Origin: an uncultured virus (IMG/VR IMGVR_UViG_3300031841_004478) | Lineage: Duplodnaviria > Heunggongvirae > Uroviricota > Caudoviricetes | Reading direction: 5' to 3' (one strand) | IMG/VR virus record: IMGVR_UViG_3300031841_004478 | DNA length: 20,000 bases | Part shown: positions 14,823 to 20,000 of the stretch, piece after piece | Layout: every line of letters starts with the position of its first letter | How positions within the stretch are numbered: position 1 is the stretch's first letter | Position numbers and translations under genes: made by a program | Notes under the pieces: generated by a model | Databases searched by the model: none | Told to the model about the DNA's origin: nothing | Seen by the model: the letters and a program-made list of their open reading frames with translations, nothing else

Positions 14823-15136
14823 GCAGCCACATCCTTTGGAGAACAAGCTTTAGCCTGTTCTACTAGGAACTCACGATAGTCTTCGTCAAGTTCGTTGAGT
14901 TCATCTTGCCACTCTGCATGAGAGATTACAGCTACCGGAAACTCTTTGTAGAAGATATTGTTCTCGATGAATTTGGCTGCAACGAATGCCATAGCATCTT
15001 GTGGACGTGAAAGATCACTAACGATATAGTCGTGACCACCTTTCATTTTCCAGTATGCATTACCAGAAGCGAAACGACCATCTTCGCTGTGTGCGCCATA
15101 GTTTTCAAGAATTTGTGTTTTTACTACGAATTGCAT
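14819..15136 (-). CDS. Hypothetical early protein (conserved-looking TQ..ENYGAH....YWK.KGG motif)
   Basis: 105 aa; strong SD GAGGAG; directly downstream of the early promoter. Confidence 0.8.
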   Translation of the reverse strand: MQFVVKTQILENYGAHSEDGRFASGNAYWKMKGGHDYIVSDLSRPQDAMAFVAAKFIENNIFYKEFPVAVISHAEWQDELNELDEDYREFLVEQAKACSPKDVAA

Positions 15137-15149
15137 ATCAAGTTCTCCT

Positions 15150-15220
15150 CTTTTGATATATCTATCCTACTACAAGTAAAAAGTAATGTACATGCTTTTT
15201 TTCATTTTTTTTCGTTTTTT
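15150..15220 (-). promoter_or_regulatory. Sigma70-like early promoter, copy 1
   Basis: -35 TGTACA (15187-15192), 17-nt spacer, -10 TAGGAT (15164-15169), upstream A-tracts (UP element); motif repeated at 16578-16606. Confidence 0.75.
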
Positions 15221-15507
15221 TATAACGAATGACATTCTGCTGGATTTTCTGGCCATTCAACTAGAGTTCTAAAATCTTGATATCCACCAATATGTTTGCC
15301 TCGTTCATCATAAATTTGTGGTACAGTCTTAAATCCATGTTGTTTTAAAAATCTTAAAGCTGTTTCATTTCCATCTATTTTTATTTCTTCGTATTTAATT
15401 TCGTGCTTTTCCATTAAATCCATTGCTGCATCACAAAAGATACAACCTTTTTTGGAATAAACTCTATACGGCAAAACTTTCTCCACATCCACAAGAGGCA
15501 GTCGCAT
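15220..15507 (-). CDS. Glutaredoxin (NrdC/NrdH-like)
   Basis: VYSKKGCIFC (CxxC), TVPQI cis-Pro motif and HIGGY. True start may be a few codons downstream. Confidence 0.9.
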   Translation of the reverse strand: MRLPLVDVEKVLPYRVYSKKGCIFCDAAMDLMEKHEIKYEEIKIDGNETALRFLKQHGFKTVPQIYDERGKHIGGYQDFRTLVEWPENPAECHSL

Positions 15508-15748
15508 TAGGATTTATTACTTTTAAATACGAACCACCAAGTTCCTCTACATAATCCACAGTACATCCAAATACAAACATTTCTGCTAATGGATCTAGCC
15601 ATAGATTGGCGACAGTGGGTTCTTTATCAGTTGTTCCCCACTCATATTGAAAACCTGAACATCCTCCTCCTTTTACAGAAAGAGATACATTTGGTTTACC
15701 TACTTTTTTTAAATATTCTTTTGCTGAATCAGTTACTGTTAGCTGCAT
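15464..15748 (-). CDS. iscA: A-type Fe-S cluster carrier (IscA/HesB family)
   Basis: VKGGGCSGFQY and NPNATASCGCGESF with all three conserved Cys. Confidence 0.95.
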   Translation of the reverse strand: MQLTVTDSAKEYLKKVGKPNVSLSVKGGGCSGFQYEWGTTDKEPTVANLWLDPLAEMFVFGCTVDYVEELGGSYLKVINPNATASCGCGESFAV

Positions 15749-15950
15749 CTGTAAGCTCTTTTATTCTTTTTAACAGCTCATATTTATGTTTTTCAAGTTC
15801 AGCTACATTTTCTTTTAACATAGTATTTTCTGATGTTACTGTTAACAAAGCTCTACGCATTTGTTCGAGCTCAGAATTTTCGTGATTATTCCAACCTTCT
15901 TTTTGTTCAACCCTTGGTTTTTCAAGTGGTATTCCGAATGAATATTCCAT
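15729..15950 (-). CDS. Hypothetical coiled-coil protein
   Basis: 73 aa with a heptad-like C-terminal half; overlaps both neighbours. Confidence 0.55.
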   Translation of the reverse strand: MEYSFGIPLEKPRVEQKEGWNNHENSELEQMRRALLTVTSENTMLKENVAELEKHKYELLKRIKELTDAANSN

Positions 15951-16312
15951 TTTTCTAGTAAAACCTCCTGTTTTTCATAAGCTTCGATTTCCCAAGGCAA
16001 ATTTAAATACTCTTCACGAGTCTTCCAGAACACAAATTCGGAATACAATTCTTTACGAATGTATTGCTTAACATGTACCATTTCGTGAAATATGCATGTG
16101 ACAAAGTCTTCATAATCTTGAGTCTTATCGATTTGTAACTCGTATTCTCTATCATCGATTTGTTCACATGTACCCTGATAACCATCCATTTTTTTCAAAT
16201 GGATTTCTATATAACAATTATTTATACGAGGAAACAACTCTTTCCAAGCAAATAAAGCGGCCTCTTCTGCAAGCCGCTTTAGTTTTTTATTTCCACCTTC
16301 TATTAAGATCAT
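15842..16312 (-). CDS. HExxH zinc metallopeptidase-like protein
   Basis: IFHEMVHVKQY and Y.NLPWEIEAY; start reassigned to ATG 16312 (ATGA overlap with the upstream stop). Confidence 0.8.
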   Translation of the reverse strand: MILIEGGNKKLKRLAEEAALFAWKELFPRINNCYIEIHLKKMDGYQGTCEQIDDREYELQIDKTQDYEDFVTCIFHEMVHVKQYIRKELYSEFVFWKTREEYLNLPWEIEAYEKQEVLLEKWNIHSEYHLKNQGLNKKKVGIITKILSSNKCVELC

Positions 16313-16551
16313 GATGCTACACAAGTAGGAATTTGACCTTCACGAGATTGGCCAAGAATGCCAGTGATGTAATCAGCACGCATAGTGTCCATATTGGTGG
16401 TACGAATTGAACCCCACTTCCAAAGACCACGATCATCGACTTCGTTATAAAGTTGTTTATGACAAATATCAGCTAATTCTCCATCTTTGAATTTTTTCTC
16501 AAAGAAATCACCTTTTGCATTAGTAGCTGTAACCATCCATTTGAATTCCAT
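16309..16551 (-). CDS. Hypothetical early protein (80 aa)
   Basis: SD AAGGAG 6 nt before ATG 16551 (MEFKW), downstream of early promoter copy 2. Confidence 0.7.
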   Translation of the reverse strand: MEFKWMVTATNAKGDFFEKKFKDGELADICHKQLYNEVDDRGLWKWGSIRTTNMDTMRADYITGILGQSREGQIPTCVAS

Positions 16552-16565
16552 AACATTCTCCTTCA

Positions 16566-16620
16566 TTTGATATAACTATCTTACACTATTCAGTAGAGAA
16601 TGTACATGTTTTTTTTAAAA
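16566..16620 (-). promoter_or_regulatory. Sigma70-like early promoter, copy 2
   Basis: -35 TGTACA (16601-16606), 17-nt spacer, -10 TAAGAT (16578-16583), upstream A-tract; shares flanking CATGTACATT and ATAGnTATATCAAA with copy 1. Confidence 0.75.
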
Positions 16621-16634
16621 TTCTTTTTGTTTGA

Positions 16635-16647
16635 AATCAACCACTTA
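16635..16647 (+). promoter_or_regulatory. IHF-consensus site candidate
   Basis: AATCAACCACTTA matches WATCAANNNNTTR exactly, with an A/T tract on its 5' side. Confidence 0.4.
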
Positions 16648-17205
16648 TCATTTATTTAGGTTTAAAGTTGCCTCTATTTTTTCTCTGATCACATAGTGCG
16701 CGTACATATCATTTAACCATGTATGAGCATAAGGTTCAATACCAAATCCAGTCCAATCGAAAGCAATAGAATCTAAATCTATTAAACAATAATTTCCTGG
16801 GTGTCTCATAAGAATGTTATCAATTGAAATGTCAATATGCTTAATTAATTTACCTTTATAAGCAGAATAATTTATAAATGCTGAATTAATATTAGAAACT
16901 ATTTTTATGCATTGTAAAATAGATTTGCCCCAATATGTAATATCACCAGTTTTAAGACATAAATTATGTTGATCGTCAATCCAGTCCCTCATACTTTTTC
17001 CAGAATATTTTTCCATTATTATTTCTTCACCCGGCGTATATGAAATAATAGTTGGTAAAAAATCCATATATTGCGCTAGCTCGAAATAGTTATTAAACCA
17101 TTCTTGATTATAATTTTTTCCATATTTTTTACTAAATTTTTTAATGACTGTATTATCATCACAATATACTGACGATTCTCCTTTCGTTTCTTGTAGTAAC
17201 TTCAT
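16648..17205 (-). CDS. Protein-kinase-like fold enzyme (small-molecule, sugar or protein kinase)
   Basis: VIKK lysine, IIMEK hinge, catalytic loop HIDISIDNIL (HxDxxxxN) and LIDLD Mg-binding motif. Confidence 0.8.
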   Translation of the reverse strand: MKLLQETKGESSVYCDDNTVIKKFSKKYGKNYNQEWFNNYFELAQYMDFLPTIISYTPGEEIIMEKYSGKSMRDWIDDQHNLCLKTGDITYWGKSILQCIKIVSNINSAFINYSAYKGKLIKHIDISIDNILMRHPGNYCLIDLDSIAFDWTGFGIEPYAHTWLNDMYAHYVIREKIEATLNLNK

Positions 17206-17843
17206 TTTTTTATTTTTTTCTCATGGACTATAGCTTCAACATTATCACTTACTGGCATTTTAAATCCATTATGAATATGATGAATATTAAATTTTGTCTT
17301 ATTAAACTCTTTAAACATACCTGTCCAAATAGGTCTCCAATTTGTAGAGAGTTTATTATTCTGACGAGGATCTCTTACAGAACTAAGATAAAAATCTGAA
17401 CAACTATTTAAATTAAAATCAAACATAGAATCAAATCCCCACATATTGATTTCATCTGCCTTTAATTTATTTGCCGCATAATGTACCGCCATATGGCCAC
17501 AACTAAAATTTGTGTACATATTTCCTTGCGTATCGTCTTTATTTACTTTTGCATATGGAGGTAAATTTAAATAAAATTCTTTTACTTGAGAAGCATGTTT
17601 CATATAGAAACCTGGATATTTTTCCATATGAATTTTTGGACGATAGCCTAAAATCCATTGACCTGGTGCTTGTAAAGATCCATCAGTCAATGCTTTCATA
17701 AATTTAAAATCAACTATGCATGTTGCATAAGCATCTCGCACAGGAAAGGGAGGAAGATTACATGTAAGCTTTAATCCTTTACGAGGTTCTCTTTGATAAA
17801 GGCTTGCCCAATCTCCGTTACCAATTACATGAACTACTTTCAT
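17202..17843 (-). CDS. Maf/DUF115- or sialyltransferase-like Rossmann enzyme (putative nonulosonate-type glycosyltransferase)
   Basis: HVIGNG, TCN, IVD, SCG..A...A and I.MWGFD motif series. Confidence 0.55.
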   Translation of the reverse strand: MKVVHVIGNGDWASLYQREPRKGLKLTCNLPPFPVRDAYATCIVDFKFMKALTDGSLQAPGQWILGYRPKIHMEKYPGFYMKHASQVKEFYLNLPPYAKVNKDDTQGNMYTNFSCGHMAVHYAANKLKADEINMWGFDSMFDFNLNSCSDFYLSSVRDPRQNNKLSTNWRPIWTGMFKEFNKTKFNIHHIHNGFKMPVSDNVEAIVHEKKIKK

Positions 17844-18115
17844 TATTTTCTTCTATTCCTTGATTGCCTTAATTCGTGCCGCCAATCGGATTCTTTTTGA
17901 GATTGTTTTTCCCACCAATCATCATCATAACCTTCTGCATAATATCTTAATCTTCTATCCATCTTTTTTGCCATACCATAAGCCTCTTCTAAACGCTTAA
18001 TAATATCTTTACGATCTGGCATTTCTTCAGCAATAATATCATATATTTCTCTGTGTACTTCACATATAGTTCGCAGTCCTCTTACAGCACTATGAGAGGT
18101 GTCTTTTATACTCAT
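17843..18115 (-). CDS. Hypothetical protein (RTICEVHREIYD...AKKM..RL motif)
   Basis: 90 aa, tightly packed in the operon. Confidence 0.7.
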   Translation of the reverse strand: MSIKDTSHSAVRGLRTICEVHREIYDIIAEEMPDRKDIIKRLEEAYGMAKKMDRRLRYYAEGYDDDWWEKQSQKESDWRHELRQSRNRRK

Positions 18116-18117
18116 TT

Positions 18118-18729
18118 TTACAAACTCCCTGCTATTAGTTTTTTTATATGAATATTACCTTTATAACCAGTCCAATGATGAATCAAAGGATTAGGCGGTA
18201 CAGTATTATCTAAATGGTCTATTCGCAAAACATTAAATCGTCTTGGAATATCAGAAATATATATCATCCTCTTCAAATCATCTTTTAACATATAATGTAA
18301 TGTTTCTTGATCGCCTTGTATGGGGCTTTGTTCTACTGCGATACTCCAATCTTTTAAAACTTGAATTGGTCCTTGAATCCCAACCACACCAGAATTATGC
18401 CACATTTCTCCTGATCTTGTGGACCATGGAAGATCTTGACACATTGCCAATTTATTTGGCTCAATGTATTTCCATATTGTATCTAAATTACCAAGTACTT
18501 CACAATCTGTATCTAACCATACAACTTGATCTGCAAGTGATGTTGCATCTAACATTGCTGATGGTTTCTTAAACCAACCCTTGGCAAGTGGATTAAATTC
18601 ATCAAAATCGTAGATCTTAATTGGTATATCATTCCATTTTTTAAAATTTTCAAGGAACCATGGCAACTGCCAACGAGTTCGATGATCACAACCAGTAATA
18701 AAAAGTTTAGATAATTTCGTATTGCTCAT
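18118..18729 (-). CDS. GT8-like glycosyltransferase
   Basis: WFKKP, VVWLDTD (DxD), NSGV, GDQETL and IHHWTG..G motifs. Confidence 0.8.
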   Translation of the reverse strand: MSNTKLSKLFITGCDHRTRWQLPWFLENFKKWNDIPIKIYDFDEFNPLAKGWFKKPSAMLDATSLADQVVWLDTDCEVLGNLDTIWKYIEPNKLAMCQDLPWSTRSGEMWHNSGVVGIQGPIQVLKDWSIAVEQSPIQGDQETLHYMLKDDLKRMIYISDIPRRFNVLRIDHLDNTVPPNPLIHHWTGYKGNIHIKKLIAGSL

Positions 18730-19354
18730 TATAATTATGTTTCGCTAAGCATCCCGTTTCATTTTGAATTGTGGTAAAACTATCTTGACATTCTACTGGC
18801 CAAGGATATTTTTCTTGTAAACCTGGAAATGTATGAATATTCAAAAATACATCTGTAGGTCTTGCATTACGTTTAGCTTCATAAACTAATTGTTCTGCGC
18901 CTTTTGGTGAAACGCAATACGCATGAGCACCTGGAAAATATGCTTTCGAAGTCAATGGACCTTCACCAATTCTTGGCATATTATATTTACCATACGACGG
19001 AGAACCAAGATTCATAGCAACAACGGGCTGTAATTGACTGTTAATATTATTAACAATAACTGCATCGTGTTCAAAGATAAAAAATGTTTTATAGGATTCG
19101 GCACATTGTTTCCATAATGTATAATGAGATAAGAATGCTGCAATACAATTAGGAGTACGAGAATATCGTTCTATAAATCCACGTTTATCGATACCTTCTT
19201 TTGTAAGAATGCCAGCCAAATCATCTTTAGGTGTAATAGCTGGAAACATTTCGATGTTTATACCGCCATATCTTTGGCCAGATTCAATACATCGTTCAGC
19301 TGCTGCGACCGACTTTGGATTATCCATAATTGTGATTACAAAATTATTATTCAT
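18707..19354 (-). CDS. GT25 family glycosyltransferase
   Basis: FPAI, FLSHYTLWK, IFEHDA, GAHAYCVSPKGA..L and PTD motifs. Confidence 0.85.
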   Translation of the reverse strand: MNNNFVITIMDNPKSVAAAERCIESGQRYGGINIEMFPAITPKDDLAGILTKEGIDKRGFIERYSRTPNCIAAFLSHYTLWKQCAESYKTFFIFEHDAVIVNNINSQLQPVVAMNLGSPSYGKYNMPRIGEGPLTSKAYFPGAHAYCVSPKGAEQLVYEAKRNARPTDVFLNIHTFPGLQEKYPWPVECQDSFTTIQNETGCLAKHNYNEQYEII

Positions 19355-19572
19355 TATCCACCTACGTATATGTCATTTTTAGGTCTGTACCAATGTTTTT
19401 GATGATGTATTCTTCCAAGTAAATTTTGAATTTCGTGCATTTCTTCTTTCAGTTTTTCTGATGTATCACCACTTGCAATTGCGATACCTCTTCGACCAGC
19501 TTTAGCTCGTAATGCGTGTTCGATTATTTCTATATCTCGTACTGATAAAGTAAAGCTTGTGTTTGGTTTCAT
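19354..19572 (-). CDS. Hypothetical protein (72 aa)
   Basis: ATGA-coupled to the upstream gene and stop-start coupled to the downstream gene. Confidence 0.7.
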   Translation of the reverse strand: MKPNTSFTLSVRDIEIIEHALRAKAGRRGIAIASGDTSEKLKEEMHEIQNLLGRIHHQKHWYRPKNDIYVGG

Positions 19573-20000
19573 GTGGTTGTTGATGGAAGTCCTTGAACTC
19601 TCGTATAAAATTTACGAGTAACTCCCATTCCTTTCACTAATTGTTTACACATTAAAGCATCATTTGGCCATAACCCATATTTCTTTACTAACTTCAACAG
19701 TTGTTTTGCTCCATCTGGTTTAATTATGTATGCTGAATTACCAGCTAAACCTTGTGGAACATTTACAGAATCAACTGTAGGAACTGGAACAATATTGTCT
19801 TTTCCTTTACTTGCAATTTCCATAAATTCACGTGCTTTTCTTGTGGCGTATAAAGGATTATTAATACCAATAATTTGATGATTAGACCACAAAATCTGCT
19901 CATCTAATTTATTAATAAAAACTGCATCGTGTTCTAAAATAAGAAATGGTTTTGCAGCTCCTGCACATTGTCTCCAAAGTTTATAATGACTTAAAGCACA
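19569..20000 (-). CDS. GT25 family glycosyltransferase (5' end outside window)
   Basis: Frame is open to the window edge: CALSHYKLWRQC...LILEHDA...GNSAYIIKPDGAKQL...PND. The track start at 19892 is an internal TTG. Confidence 0.85.
   Translation of the reverse strand, partial: CALSHYKLWRQCAGAAKPFLILEHDAVFINKLDEQILWSNHQIIGINNPLYATRKAREFMEIASKGKDNIVPVPTVDSVNVPQGLAGNSAYIIKPDGAKQLLKLVKKYGLWPNDALMCKQLVKGMGVTRKFYTRVQGLPSTTT

Noticed and set aside
15032..18572. Track ORFs 15032(+), 15589(+), 16003(-), 17510(+), 18243(+)
   Set aside because: Antisense or out-of-frame to genes with clear family motifs or clear translation signals.

Overview
AT-rich segment of a large T4-like (myovirus-type) phage, probably marine; the host cannot be assigned from this window. 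Positions 1-12204 (minus strand) form a late structural module of tail-fibre/virion proteins preceded by two perfect T4 late promoters (TATAAATA). It includes a >=1215-aa ORF running off the left edge that the ORF track missed. Positions 12287-13850 hold two plus-strand GT-A glycosyltransferase-like genes. Positions 13797-14599 hold a minus-strand tRNA cluster (Arg-UCU, Pro-UGG, Gly-UCC, Leu-UAA) interleaved with two small ORFs absent from the track and a CCA-terminated, pseudoknotted structured RNA candidate. Positions 14583-20000 hold small early genes behind two copies of a sigma70-like promoter, glutaredoxin, IscA/HesB, a HExxH peptidase, a kinase-like gene and four more glycosyltransferase-like genes. 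Main highlights: (1) four cupredoxin-like domains with complete type-1 (blue) copper ligand sets in three structural proteins, at least two inserted into the middle of conserved fibre motifs; (2) an unannotated tRNA-cluster ncRNA with two crossing 9-bp helices, a terminal stem plus CCA and an upstream tRNA-minihelix; (3) strong Asp-Ser enrichment in the fibre next to six glycosyltransferase-like genes and a kinase.
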